64,000 bases of DNA from Squalus acanthias (Eukaryota), in NCBI GenBank assembly GCA_030390025.1, contig CM059432.1, positions 130,450,001-130,514,000 of the forward strand. Reading direction: 5' to 3'. The translations under genes were made by a program, and so were the position numbers. Shown in pieces: positions 26,735 to 40,327 of this stretch. Numbering within the stretch: position 1 is the stretch's first letter; every line of letters starts with the position of its first letter. The notes beneath the pieces were generated by a model. It was given only the letters and a program-made list of their open reading frames with translations. It did no database searches and had not been told where the DNA came from.

Positions 26735-29034
26735 AGATTGTGCTCGGAGTTGTTTCTGTAATGAAGTCCCTTTTCATGTGGGAGGGCCGTTAGCCTGACT
26801 CTCAACTCCTTACCAGGAGAATTGGCTAGATGCAATGGGGAGTCGCCACTCCACTCCCATCGGACGCGGGTACCCTGCTGGATATCAACCCAGTATTCAG
26901 AGGACGGAGCTCTGGTCTTCTGCTTGCTGGGACATAGATTCAAATTAGTAAATGTTACATTTAGGACTAACGTCAGAAAACCTTCCTTTACACAAGGAGT
27001 GATGGCCATCTGAAACAGACTTTTGGGAAGAGAAGGAGAGATGAGAACCCTGGGATCTTTTAAGAATCAATTGGATGCTAAGATGGAGGAACTTTGGGCT
27101 TCATCTTTACCCGTTCAGATGCTGGTCATTAGAGACTTGTCAGTGGGAGCTATCTAGGTGGATGAACTAAGTTGATGCAAATGGCCTTCCCCATCTCTAA
27201 CTATCTTGGGATCTTGAGGTGGAAATTCAATATGGTCTGGCCACATCGTCAATGCATGTCAAAAAACCCTCCTCTCCCTTTCCACCCACTCCCTGTGATG
27301 TAAAAATCAGTTCCCATCAGCAGCACAAGCAAAAACCTCAATCCAAATAACATTGTTACTTCAGAATTTTTGTTTATGGCTTAAACTATATTAAAACCTT
27401 AAAAAATGAAATCTTTTTACTTTTCTTTCTACATTCACATCCCAGTTACTTACAAATTTTCACCCCAACTCACAGTACACTCTAGTTCCACAGGAACAAG
27501 GTGTAAACTTTTACTTCATGCACAAAATTTCGCCATGAGCTGGAACTCCATGATCCTTTCCGACCTAGCGGTCAGGTTGCATGGGTTTCCCTAGTAGTTC
27601 CATAGTAGCATGATGAAAATTATAACTCCTATGATGCACATATCTCTCTCTCACACAAACAATGTGTTAACAACAGATGCACCCAGACCCTGATCAAATT
27701 TGCGGCTCTAGCCCCTACCTGTGGGAGACCTCTTGCAGGCATTTGTAACTTGAATTAACCAATTTATGGGGAAGTATAGTGATTTATTTTTCAGAATATG
27801 TATTTTTTTTTTTTATTTGTTTGTAATTCTATATAAATTTTATTTCTAGTTGTGCACAAATGATGCAAGCGAGGAAAAATAGCAGACAAAAACAAAATTA
27901 TTTAAGCAATTTGGTTTGCTAGTTCGTGAATGGTAGTTTTGAAAAAAACTGAATATTCTAATTGCGTGGTTTTCTGCTGGTTACTTATTACTCATTGATA
28001 ATTTCTACTACTACTGTTTGATTCATTCACATTTAGTCAACTGGATATTTGATTGGTAATTTAAGAAATTAATGGTTATTTGAGCCAATCACATACTTGC
28101 CCTATAAACATGTGGCACTTAGGAGACCCTGAGATGAGACTTTTGAGTTGTGGTGCCTTTGAAAGGCGTGATGTGACACGTGTGTGCTAGACGCAAGACT
28201 TATAATTATATCGGTAGATGCACAGTGCACTGCTGTGGGTAACTGGAAAAAAGTATTTGTGGGCAGTACTCGCACTGCTCCAACATGGTGCCAATTTAAC
28301 GTCACCTTGTCTGGGTCCACCCAAACCATGATCAATGCTAATCAATACTAACCCTGGGACTGGCATCTGGTTGCTACCTTCCCATTTTGGAAATAGGTTT
28401 GTTTAAGACCTTTCTTAACAAAAAAAATAAGCAAACATTGATTTCAGCATTAAACTGTGTGCAGCAGCTGCAGCTTTCCAGTTCTTAAAACACAAAATGT
28501 TTCCAAAGAAAAACAAGCAGAAACAGTACATAAAATGTAACAGTTCAGAGAAGTGTTACAATAATCCCTGGTTATAAAATCAATTTGTAGATTATTCGCC
28601 ATTTCTAAGAATCTATGAATAAAACCTGGTTGTTACTATCTTAAAATGGCAGTTGTTTGATTGACCAAGCACTCTGAATCACACAAGCACCACCTCAGGC
28701 TAATGTATTGTGTAAGACCAACAGTACAACAATTACATTCCTGTAACAAATGACCCAGTTATTTTTCTAACATCTACAGGCAATTAAAAAAAACTGTTCA
28801 GATCCATGTCTGTGAGCCAGTTACTACACTACTTGAGTTTCCAGTTAGAAGTCTCAATACTTCTCATTATGCCTCCTATTGTCTCATGCTAATATCACTA
28901 TCTATTTTATCCACGCAAGCACTTTACAGGTCATTCTATTTTATCTCATATGTGTGCGCACATGTTTATCTCTCCTCCTTCCCTTTGTTCTACTCTCTTT
29001 TAAATACTGTTCCTCAGTAATATCGTCCAGTTCT

Positions 29035-29442
29035 TCAAGTCTGACTCCAGAGACTTGAGCACAAAAATCTAACCTGACACTCCAGTGCAGTACTGAGGGA
29101 GTGCTGCACTGTCAGAGGTGCTGTTTTTTGGATGAGACGTTAAACCGAGGTCCTGTCTGCTCTCTCAGGTGGACGTAAAAGACCCCATGGCACTATTTCG
29201 AAGAAGAGCAGGGGAGTTATCACCGGTGTCCTGGCCAATATGTAGCCCTTAATCAACATCACTAAAACAGATTATCTGGTCATTATCACATTGCTGTTTG
29301 CGGGAGCTTGCTGTGCGCAAATTGGCTGCCGCGTTTCCTACCTTACAACAGTGACTATACTTCAAGAGTACTTCATTGGCTGTAAAGTGCTTTGGGACAC
29401 CGGTGGTCGTTTAAGGCACTGTATAAATGCAAGTCTTTCTTT
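29035..29442 (+). mobile_element. SacSINE1-like Deu-SINE (5' degraded)
   Basis: Highly similar to 16480-16870. Confidence 0.85.
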
Positions 29443-29520
29443 CTGATGAAGGGGCCACACCTGAAATGCTCTCTACACAGATGCGAACTGACCTGCTGAG
29501 TGTTTCCAGCATTTTCCCCT
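29441..29520 (+). mobile_element. Degraded family-A pLTR fragment with hammerhead core remnant
   Basis: CTGATGA-AGGGG..CCT-GAAA followed by cagatg..ctgacctgctgagtgtttccagcattttc. Confidence 0.6.
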
Positions 29521-30976
29521 TTCCAATCTTGTTTTTTCCCCCACAATGGAAAACAACTCAATTGAGTCTCTCTTCATAGTCTGGAGTCGTAAGTTCTACA
29601 ATTACTCTTTCTGTTCTTCTCTGAACTTTCCCCAATGCATTCATTTTTTCTGAAAGTAGGTTCGCCAACACTGCAGAGAATATGCTTAATAATGAGTTGT
29701 ACAGAGTTTTAATAACTTATGTGGACTTCTAATAAGCAGCCCTTGAAATGCATCCCAGTGCTTTATTAACCTTGTTGAGGAACAATTTTACTATGACTGG
29801 ACACTCTCAGCAAATGGTCAATAACCATAACCAAGTCATTTATTTTCTATTTTGGCAATGGACAGCTATTCATTCTGCATCATTGTTGCATGTTCCAGTG
29901 TGCATTAACTTGCATGTCTCCACGTTGAAGTGTACACACAGTAGACACACCCTCAGCGCTCAGTTAGCCTGAACTCAGTGTATAAAAACATAAATGCAGA
30001 AATTATAGTGACATTGTGTGTGTTCATTTTAAGATAAAAAGAGCTGACCAGTGGTAAGCAAAATCCAGGAGCGCACTTGGACTTCAACTTATAGCATTTC
30101 TAACACTGAATACAGAAGATAAACTATAATTCCTGGTTTTCTTTGGAAATAAATGCAGACTGCGATGAACCTGGAGAGTTTGATCCCAGGGTCAGCAGGA
30201 ACATGAGCATAAATGCAGCTGGCAAGATTCAGTCAAACGAAGAACAATAAAAAAAACCTTCACTAACTTTATTTCTCAATTTAGATATTACAATGTTTAG
30301 AAAAGATGAGAAATAATATTGTTGGGATACTTTACACATTCTGGGATACCATCAATTGCTAGTTAATATATGCAATTCTGGGAGATCCTTATCAGACAGA
30401 TGAAGCATTCAGATCCCAGAAATCCTTAATTAACACACTGCTGCCAGCCTGCCATAGAAACAACATAATAAACTGTGCTATGACCCTTGAGTAATAACAA
30501 CCCTCAGGGGAACACTAATATTAAAAATTACTGTATGTCTCTATCATAACTTAAGCACTAAGAAAGATAGAGGAGTGAACTGGAAGTCTGATTATCAAAA
30601 ATGTGTGAAACCTAGCAATTATCGTTCCTAACATGTATCTTTCCAATTAAATGACATCTTGGAAAAAGATCATGTGATTAAATTGATCACTTTCATATAT
30701 CAATAATGGCCCTGTCCCTCAAGAGCTATGCCCTTTGCAATACTTTATAGTATTTACGATCATACCCAAATGAGAAGGTTTGGGAATGTCAAGAAAGTTT
30801 TGAGGAAAGCTGAGAAGGGTTAGAAGGAAGGTCAAGAAAGTGATCAAGAGCTTTTGAAACAGATCCTCAAAAGCTGAAAGGTTTATACAAGCAGAAGCTG
30901 GAAGGTTTAAGAAAGGTCAGCAAAGCAGAAGTAGAAGACTGCATAGTGTATCAGAACAGTTAATTTAATAGCTTAA

Positions 30977-31585
30977 GGGGGAACAATTGGGTTGCTTTGC
31001 GCCTCCTGTTAGCGCCAAGCCCCTAACGCCCGGTCGCAGCGCCGCTAATGCCTCCCGCGAAATTCAGCAGCAGGTTAGCAGTGGCAGCGCTAGCCGGTAG
31101 CGTCCCGCAGCGCTGCGCCTCCAGCGATGATGTAATCGCCATGCGCAACGCCCCACTTGCACCCCAGCCGCAAACTTGGTTGCACCCCATGACCTATCGC
31201 CAGACGATATGTCCGACAGGGTCAGGGTGGTGTTTATGCAGCCGCAGCAGCAGTATTTAAAAGGGACAGGTGTCGGGCAGCCTTTTTTTTTTATTCGGGG
31301 TGCCGGCCGCGATCGGTCGGCCCAGCACTCCAAGTGTCGGGCTGTTTTCCCGGCACCCCGCTCCCCAGTGGTCCAGCAGGGCCCCGGTGCGGCACCGCTA
31401 GGCCCCTCCCCTTTAATCAGGGGAGGGAGGCCTGCAATACCGCGACGCTACGTAGCGCCGCGATATTCACTGGTAGCGCCCCAGAAAGGAGGGGGATCAC
31501 TGAATTTATGGTGCAGGGGTGCTAACTTTTTCGGGGCGCGAGCAAAGTTTGCGCCCCAAAGGTGGCACCACCAAATTTTTCCCCC
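30977..31585. mobile_element. PIF/Harbinger-type MITE (GC-rich) with TAA TSD
   Basis: TAA|GGGGGAACAATTGG...CCAAATTTTTCCCCC|TAA, with TAA at 30974-30976 and 31586-31588. Confidence 0.85.
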
Positions 31586-32719
31586 TAAGTTTCTAAACAC
31601 AGAAAAAAATCCAGTATAGCAGTATAGATAATTATACTACTTACAAAGTTAGTTAAAACTAGGAAGACAATGTTAGAAAGACAACCAGGGATGACTTGCC
31701 ACAGGTTTCCCCAAGGGTGAAGCCAGAGCATCGCAGGGGACGACAGAACTGCCCAACGCTACAGCATGCTTCCCCACATTAGTGGGTTGTCATACTCAGC
31801 TTAAATAACTAGTTCTAACTACTCTCTTGCATCCCAACCTTCTGATTCTGGACAAAAGCCTGCCCTAGCAGCCTTGTGTTTTTCTCTGTCACTGTGTGCT
31901 TCTGTCCCTATTTTATCTGTGTTCACAACCAGTGGGAAATCCAATGCCAGGCAACCCCTGCCAAGCACCCGGGACTTGCCAACACAATGAAATGTGAGGT
32001 GTTTTCGATGACCAAGACAGGCTAACAAATTGTTTATTCTCTTCAGTCTTTGGGGGAACGACTTCCGTGCCTAGCTCATTAATTTTTAACCACCTTTCAT
32101 CTGACACACTTTGCTTTAAAAATTAACATTTAAATAACAGTTGAAGGCTTTGCCGCTGATTGATGATGGACTGAAAGCAAGGGGCATACACAGGAAGCCG
32201 GAATTGGATGACGAAAGGCCACAAAACGGGATACAGGGCTGGAAGAGGTTACAGGCATAGAGGGGAGCAAGACCATATAGAGATTTGTAAACAAAGTATA
32301 GGATTTTGCATTCACTATGTTTGGGGAGAGGGAGTCAGTGGAAGTTAGTGAGGACAGGGTTGATGGGCAAGTGGGATTTAGCACATGACAGAGCGCGTGT
32401 TATGGAGCTTTGGACAGTTGGAGTTTGTGCAGGGTAGAGCTCGAAAGGCTGTCAGAGAGGGAGTTGGAGAAATCAAGACCGGATTTATCCCCCCTAACTT
32501 CTCCCTCCTCCACTGAAATACTAACCAATGTCAAAAACTGACATCTCAAATGCCTTCTGCACAGGATCCCGTAATCCAACTTTCACAAACTTCAATGACT
32601 CCCAAAATCTTTCACACACAAGGATTATCTTATCTTCGCCACGCGCTACTGACTCCTATTCACCAGAAAATTAATTTCTACATCCTGGTCCTCATTTACA
32701 AATCCCTACACAGCCTTCC

Positions 32720-33730
32720 AATGTCCCAAATATTTCAAGGATCTATTCTTGGCCCCTCCTATTTCTCATCTACATGCTGCCCCTCGGTGATATCATCCGG
32801 CAACACAACGTGAGTTTTCACATTTAACGCAGATGAAACCCAGCTCTACCCCTCCTCCACCGTCTCTAGACTATCCGACTGCTTCTCCAACATCCAGCAC
32901 TGAATGAGTAGAAATTTCCTCCAATTAAATATCGGGAAGACCGAAGCCACAAACTCCGTTCCCTTTCCTCTGATTCGAACTCTCTCTCCTACAAATGTCT
33001 AAGGCTGACCAAGTCTGTTCGCAACCTTGATGGCACATTTGATCATGAACTGAGCTTCCTACCTCATATCCGTTCTCTCACTAAGGTCGCCCATTTCCAT
33101 CTTCGTAATATCGCCAATCTCCACCCTTACCTCAACTTCTCTGCTGCCGAAACCCTCATCCATGCCTTTATCAACTCTTGACTATTCCAACGCACTCCTG
33201 GCCGGCCTCCCTCGTTCTACCCTCCATAAACTTGAGGTCATCCAAAATTCTGCCACCCGTGTGCTAACTCACACCAAGTCCCGCTCACCCATCTCCCGCG
33301 CTTGCTGACCAACATTGGCTCCCAATTAAGCAACGCCTCGATTTTAAAATTCTCATCCTTGTTTTCAAATCCCTCCATGGCCTCACCCCTCCTTATCTCT
33401 GTAATCTTCTCCAGCCCTATAATCCCCCTAGACCTCTGCGCTCTGCCTAGTCTGGCCTTTTGAACATCCCCAATTTTAAATGCTCCACCATTGGCGGTCA
33501 TGCTGCCTAGGTTCGAAGCACTGGAATTCTCTCTCTAAATCTCTCTGCCTCTCCACTTCTCTTTCCTCCTTTAAGACGCTCCTTAAAACCTACCTCTTCG
33601 ACCAAGCATTTGGTCATCTGCCCTAACATCTCCTTATATGGTTCGGTGTCAAATTTTTTTTTTTGATAACACTCCTGTAAAGTGCCTTGGGACGTTATTA
33701 CGTTAAATGCGCTATATAAATAGAAGTTGT
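32720..33730 (+). mobile_element. L2 LINE 3' part (RT remnant to tail)
   Basis: 'QGSILGP', gcagatgaaacccagctctac, 'cttgactattccaacgcactcctggccggcctccc', and tail gcgctatataaatagaagttgtt. Confidence 0.88.
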
Positions 33731-35767
33731 TTTTATGCACCCTCCACTCCGCTGACTGCCTTATTGTTCATTTCTCTCTTCCTCCACTCTACCATCAATG
33801 GTCAATCTTTAAGTCACTATCACCCCTACCCTCTGGAAACTCCACCTCACAACTTCTCTCATTTCCTCCAAAAGCCTCTCCACATCTTCTCTCTTCTCTT
33901 GTGCTCTTGTTTTACCCCCTCCCCTTAATCTCTCACGTCACCACTTGCTGTCTTGTTTCTCCTCAATGTCAAGTGCCATGAGGAGTTTTCCTAACAGACA
34001 GTGCTACACAACTGTAAGTGGTTGCTGTCTTCCACCCTTTCTTTTCTTTCTCTTTATATGGCTGACACTTTTTCATTGTGGTATCTGTTTATTTGCTTAA
34101 CAGTTTCTCTCACTGCTTGTGGAAGTTCCTCTTTCACTGTGTCCCCTCTCTCTGCATGGCTGTCACATATGTTCCATTACTATGTACTCAATTTTTTTTC
34201 AATCATTTACTTTCTTTAAGAGCCTGTATATGCAGCAAGATTGTAGGCCACATGTATTAGATTGGACACAGATACCAGGATCAGACAAGCAGAGACTGTC
34301 AGAGTGGCAATGAGAGAGAGAAATTAGGGTGCGGGGGGACCTCCACCTGGTAGGGAGTGGGGATACAGGGACTAGAAGGAAGCAGTAGATGGTGTGACAT
34401 GGGTTGGTACATGGGAGTGAGTGGGCACAGAATTCAGAGACCTAAAAGGAAGTTGCTGTTTAAGAGTACTACATTTTGGATGCACTGGGGGAGGGTGGGA
34501 AGATAGCAACTCAAACTACTCGATAGGATATGTGGAAGAATCTGGAGTGTGGGGTTGGTCAGTACTTCACAAGGAGGAAACCGGTCGCAGCAGGATGTTA
34601 GAAAGCAGATACAGCATGACTTAAAATATTGCACGCCATTGGGCTCCAGGCTATATATGCGCACTGGGGACCTGTTCTGACCACAGCAAAACCCAAGTCA
34701 ACAAGTGACTCATTAGGCCTCACGCTCACAATCCAGGAGTAGGCCCGTGAAAGAAATCTTCTCCAAGGATTTATAACACGACACAGGCAACTCTAGGAGT
34801 AAGAAAAAGCATTTTATTCTGAACAGTTCATTTAGCAGTTTTAAACCAACTTCACAATTTTAACAATGATTTGACTAGTCGGTCCCTCTGACTAGTTTGG
34901 GATTGGTAGCTTTCAAAACAAAATTAAGTGATTTTGTTGTTCAATTTTCTGCTGCTTACTCATTCCTCATTGATACTTAGTGACTGAATCAAACTACTGT
35001 TGATTCATTCGTTTAGTCAGTCAATCAGATATTTAATTGATAATTTAATAGCTAAGTTTTCATTTCAACCAGTCCCTAATTTTTTCCCAATGGATGCACG
35101 GTGCCTTAAAATTGTGACACAACAGACGTACACTAGATGCAAATCTTTTGATATATTGAGCTGGTAGTAGGCCACACTTAAGCATCTTATATGGAGAACA
35201 ATGCTCATTATATTAGAATTTATGAGACACCAGACTGCTAAAATGAGAGATCACTGCATTTGGTTACCAAGAAATGCCCTGCTACAGTTAAAATCAAAGC
35301 TTGAATTCAAGTAAAGGTCAAATGTACAAGAACAATAAAGCAATTGGGTGTGCATAGACCGAGACTTCATTCAGCAAACCTTGGATGGTTACAAAACACT
35401 GAACACAAAAGTACAAATTAGTTCTGGGAAAAACAATGAAAACTGGTCCCCTTTCCACCTTAATCATCAGTTGACTGAATGCAAGAGTGGTTTTGACCCA
35501 TTTATCCTGTGAGTATTCCCATTATCAATGCACTTCAAACCCTTAGCACCATTAAAAAAAACACAAGTCACGTCATGTGAATAAGACTCAATCTCAGGTG
35601 CCAGAGACGTATTCAGAATATTCTCCCTTCATATCACCATCCTAATTTTTCATGCTTTTCAGATCGTTTTCCAAAATAAAACACAACTTACATGTGTTAT
35701 TCCACACCTATAAACAACAGGCAGGATTTAAATAAACAAATACATAATTGACAGCAAACACCAAATA

Positions 35768-36333
35768 CAGGAAACTCTTGTTTATCTGGCACCCAAATAT
35801 CTGGAATTCTCGCTTAACCGGCAAAAATCATCCTCCGAAAACTCCTCTCAAATAACCGGCAATGTTGCCGAGTCGCAGTCCGAGTCTCCGCGAACGCCGA
35901 GTACTCCGAAAACTCCTCTCAAATAACCGGCAATGTTGCCGATCCCGAGTCCGCGAACGCCGATTTAGTCAGTAGGGGTAGTTTTCAAAAGTGCCACTAC
36001 TCGGCCTCCTGGCGCTGTCGGAAGTCCGAAACACTGCAGTAGCAGGAGTGGATTCTCCCGCGCTGCCGGGAGTCTCACTTACTGTTAAGTAATTAAAGAG
36101 TTATGGATTACTCTCAACTGGCAGTACTGTACTTAATCAAGCATCTTCCACCATCCATTTAACACAACATTCTGTAGGTGAGTAACCAAATACTGTATAC
36201 TGCACATTTCTTGATTTTTTTATTTTTCTTTGTTAAAAATAGCCTCGGTAGATATAACTCTCTGTTATCCGGAACTTTCGATCAACCGGCACCACGCCGG
36301 TCCCGTCGGTGCCGGATACCAAAGAGTTTCCTG
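35768..36333. mobile_element. TcMar/Tigger-like MITE with TA TSD
   Basis: TA|CAGGAAACTCTTGTTTATCTGGCACC ... GGTGCCGGATACCAAAGAGTTTCCTG|TA, about 26-bp TIRs. Contains a ~39-bp internal direct repeat (about 35832 and 35905). Confidence 0.85.
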
Positions 36334-37727
36334 TAGATGCATTACAAAAGGAAATAAAAGATCTGAAATTCCTGGGGCCAAAGTGCGAGGACAAAGGGCT
36401 CTTTACCCTTCGGGGGAGGATGCAGGGAGAGAAGGGTGTCCGAATTTGGGACGGAACCTGATTCTGCCAGGTTTTCACCCTGTCCTGGCCGGGGGGGGGG
36501 GGGGGGGGGGGGGGGGGAAGAGGGGAAGGGTAAGTGGACAAACATTCCACTGGCCCCTCTATATCTCATGGAGTTAGCTGGTTACCCCAGGAATTCCACC
36601 CATTACACCCTTGTAAGACCTCAATAAAACTCTCACTAGCCAAGACCAGGCATGCAATCCATTGAAACCCTTGGGCCTTTCCAGAAGTTCCCGAGACAAA
36701 AGGGATCGACTACCTTTATAATGCTACATTTTGACTCCCTTAGGAATTGACAACAAAAAGATGCTTTTTTTCCTTCGGACTGGGAAGGTTCCCGTTGGAG
36801 AAACAGGGAACCGCTGAGACTTCCACTGGTGCAATGGGGCGGGGGCATCTATAGCATCCTTACAAGCCTGGACCACCCACCCCAGCCATTTAAATGGCCC
36901 CAACCCCAGGATTTTGGATGGAGTCTGCGTCTTCCTCTATGGGCAGCCAGATGTTCTGTTCCATTATGCTTCCACCGGCGGAGCAGGCCCCAAGTATGTA
37001 CAAACTGTGTTGCTACCAAGGAAGCTGGCTGAACCTACAGAAGTGCCTGGGCATTTGTTTGTTGAATGGTTATGGCCTATTACAGTACTACAGTTTACTT
37101 CTGATGGTTTAATGTATTCTTTTGCTCTTAAAAAAAATTTCAAATTATCCAGTAACTCGAATTAAGCAACTGAAATAATAAGGCAGCACCAGAGGGCTTT
37201 TAAACACAATTTGAATATGACTTATCCAGTAATTAGAATTATCAGGAGTGGACTATATCCCCCAGTGGCATGCTTGTACCGGGAATGTACCGTATTAGAA
37301 CTTAGTGTCTATGTTCTGATCAGGCCAGGTTCTAATGCAATTTGCAATTACAATTCTGCAGTTGGGTATAATTATTTGCATAACATACAAAGCCTATGTG
37401 GTGTATGGAAAAAGAAATAACAAGCAAACAATGTCATTCTTCAGGGTCCAGGAGTTTTCTTTTTGTGAATTTGGGGATTGTCTACTTTCTACCATTATTT
37501 TCAGTGGAATCTGTCTGTTGTTCGATTGATTTGCAACATGTCTCTCCCCCTATCCCTGACCTGCAGCTTATTCTTCTTGTTTTATTAAAACTCAGCAATA
37601 ACTGAAAAACAATTGCACTGACACAAACACTGTGAAGTGGATTGCTCCATGAAAATCTCCTTAGTTTACATCACATCAGCAAATTAGCTTAAATGTTTTA
37701 CTAAAGTAACAAAATTTACATATTGGA

Positions 37728-37885
37728 GAAGCATTTAGATGAGCACTTGAAACGCCATAGCATACAAGGCTACGGACCAAGTGCTGGAAAACGGGATTAG
37801 AATAGACAGGGCTTGATGGCCGGCACGGACACGATGGGCCGAAGGGGCTCTTTCTGTGCTGTATAACTCTATGACTCTATAACTT
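37728..37885 (+). mobile_element. CR1 3' end fragment
   Basis: ggcacggacacgatgggccgaagg...actctatgactctat tail, as at 58590-58750. Confidence 0.8.
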
Positions 37886-40204
37886 TAAATGTGAACATTC
37901 CAACACATTATTATTATAATAGAGATTTTTATTACAGAGATTAATATAGTAAAACAGCCCATGGACACATTTCCTGTCCATCAAATCCCATTTCAGGAGT
38001 CACACCTCATATCCGTGATAGAGCAATACATCAGAACTTAGTAGGTAGGGTGTGTACGGAATGAATCAAAAGGGAGCAAAGCAGCTGGAAATCTAAATGG
38101 AGATAATACTAAGCATATGAAAGGAACGAACCAAGGATCGACACCAAGTAAAATGTGCCAATAAAAAAAAAGTAGAATCTGAACCAATTAAATCACTCTG
38201 AAAATGATGATGCTGGTTTGAGCCATCTTGAATTTTCCAGAGCTCAAAATTAACAGTCAAAAGTAATATTTATAATCTTAAAAACCCATAAAAATGTAAC
38301 TTATTCTTGTACTCAATAGAGTTGCCTGCATGATGGCGTCAATCCCAGGAAAATGTTTTCTTGGAGAGATTGATTTGGAGCAGTCAGTTGCCTGGAGTTT
38401 GAAATATTCGCTTTGCTGATTGTTTATCCTGCAAATGCTTTTGCTCCTCCTGATTGGTTACTTTCCAAGTCACTCACAATTAATTTCTCCCCTTTGGCTC
38501 CCAATACAATTAAGATTCCTTCTCTTTTGAATCCAGTGAACATTTACAGAATGTGCCAGGACTTGTTTGTAAGTTCCCCACCCGCTCTTTGCTGTCCAGT
38601 ATGAAAAGCATGAAAGCCTGCAAGATAACGGATTTTTTTTGGTATGTAAAAGGTGAAAACAACGAATTTTGGGACTTCAGCAGAAATAAATGGTTTTTAA
38701 TCGGAGATAATTCCAGAATTTTTATGACTTATAATTGTGTGTGTGAGAGAGAGAGTGAGAGATGTCAGAGTCTGAGACAAACTCTATTTTAATTAACTGA
38801 ACATTTTAAAATGCCTGCTGCCCTCAGCCCACCGATCACTTAAGTAGGTTTACAGCTGGTTACTGGAACACAGCTCACTGACCGTTTAATATTAGAATTT
38901 AGATTAAATTACCAGGGAGCAGAACTTGTGCCATATGTATGACCAGCTGTTAGTGAAACTAGCTGGAAAATCCCTTCACTCTTAAACAGGTTCAGAGCAG
39001 CAGAAAAATGGCACCTTATAACATGCTACCCATGAAAATTTCAAGTTTCATAGTGTGGTATAATGCTTCGGTCATTATCAAACAGTACATGCTCTGACTT
39101 AGCTCAAACAACACCAAAAAGAGATTAGCAAAATATATTTTAAAAAGGCTTGCATTTAGCATGCATCCATCACCCACCAAATACAACACTTTGTGGCAGA
39201 TGGAAAATAATCTTTGAACAATGTAAGAAATCGAGATATTGACCTGATGCCTAAAACTTACAAGCAGCAACAATTGCCCTGCACAGCTACACTTACCTGG
39301 ATTTAGCTATTCAGAGAGATGTCCTTAAAAGGCTCAGCAGCTAAATATCACAAATGTGCTCCAGACTAGAGACTACCCATAAGCAATGACACAAGAGATT
39401 CACGGGTATTATTTTTGTCTGTCGCACCATGGAGCCAAACTTGCAAGTTTCTGCATTACACACGCACCTCACACTGGGCAAAATTTATATTCATCAAACA
39501 GCCACAAAATACAACTGAATGGCTGGGGGATGTAATAATCAACGAGCAGCAATTAAAATCACCTCATCGTGAATACAAATGGAGAAATTAGCAGCCAGAA
39601 GATAGCTACAAATAGCAAAAAGCCGCCACCTTGCTTTTTCCACTAAGCTGAGGATTTACGAATGAAAATAAGATTTGTAATAGAAAAATAAAAAGATTAC
39701 AAAAGTTGCAAGGTGATTAAATGTGAATGAGAGAATTGTTCAAAATGCCTCCAATATTTTCTGTTGACGGACCACACTCTCAGCTGAATAGATTCACCAA
39801 GGTAGTCGGCTACAGCTCCGAGCATGCATTTGTGCTTACAACCCACATTTTTTTTTTATATATGATTGACTGCATTGCTGGCTATTGCCAGAGCATGCCA
39901 AGACTTGCTGTTTGCAAGTCCCACCTGCCTCTTCCACATGTGTATTTCAAATAGAAAATTACTACAGATGAAAACCCCCCCTGGGAAGCCAATTCAAGAA
40001 CAGTGAAAGTAGCCAATTCTTTTTTTTGGACTAGTTGATCTCCCATGACATTGCTCACGGGGAGTCAAGACTGAGCGTAGTCACCAGGTGGCGCGGGGTT
40101 AGAGACTGGGAAAGAATTGTACCAGAGGAAACAGTTTAGCATATTTAAAGCAGAGATTTATTTACTTATGTAACTGTAATATATGAAAGAACAAATTTAT
40201 CTAT

Positions 40205-40327
40205 TAAAGGTCATCGACCTGAAACATTAACTGTTTCTCTCTCCACAGATGCTGCCTGACCTGCTGAGTATTTCCAGCATTTTCTGTTTATATTTCAGAT
40301 TTCCAGCATCTGCAGTATTTTGCTTCT
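40205..40327 (+). mobile_element. Single-arm family-A pLTR fragment with 12-bp TSD
   Basis: AAATTTATCTAT at 40193-40204 and 40328-40339. The insert starts aaaggtcatcgacctgaaac (stem II and GAAA of the hammerhead). Confidence 0.82.

Larger units (their letters stand above)
26150..27215 (+). mobile_element. Old CR1 3' region interrupted by later inserts
   Basis: 'IQALEAVQRRATRLI...GLFSVERRCLRGDL' before the inserts, and 'GHRFKL...RTNVRKPSFTQGV' resuming at about 26930. Confidence 0.8.

Noticed and set aside
36491..36518. Poly-G tract (also about 22020-22070)
   Set aside because: Simple homopolymer whose length may be a sequencing artefact. No further structure is supported.
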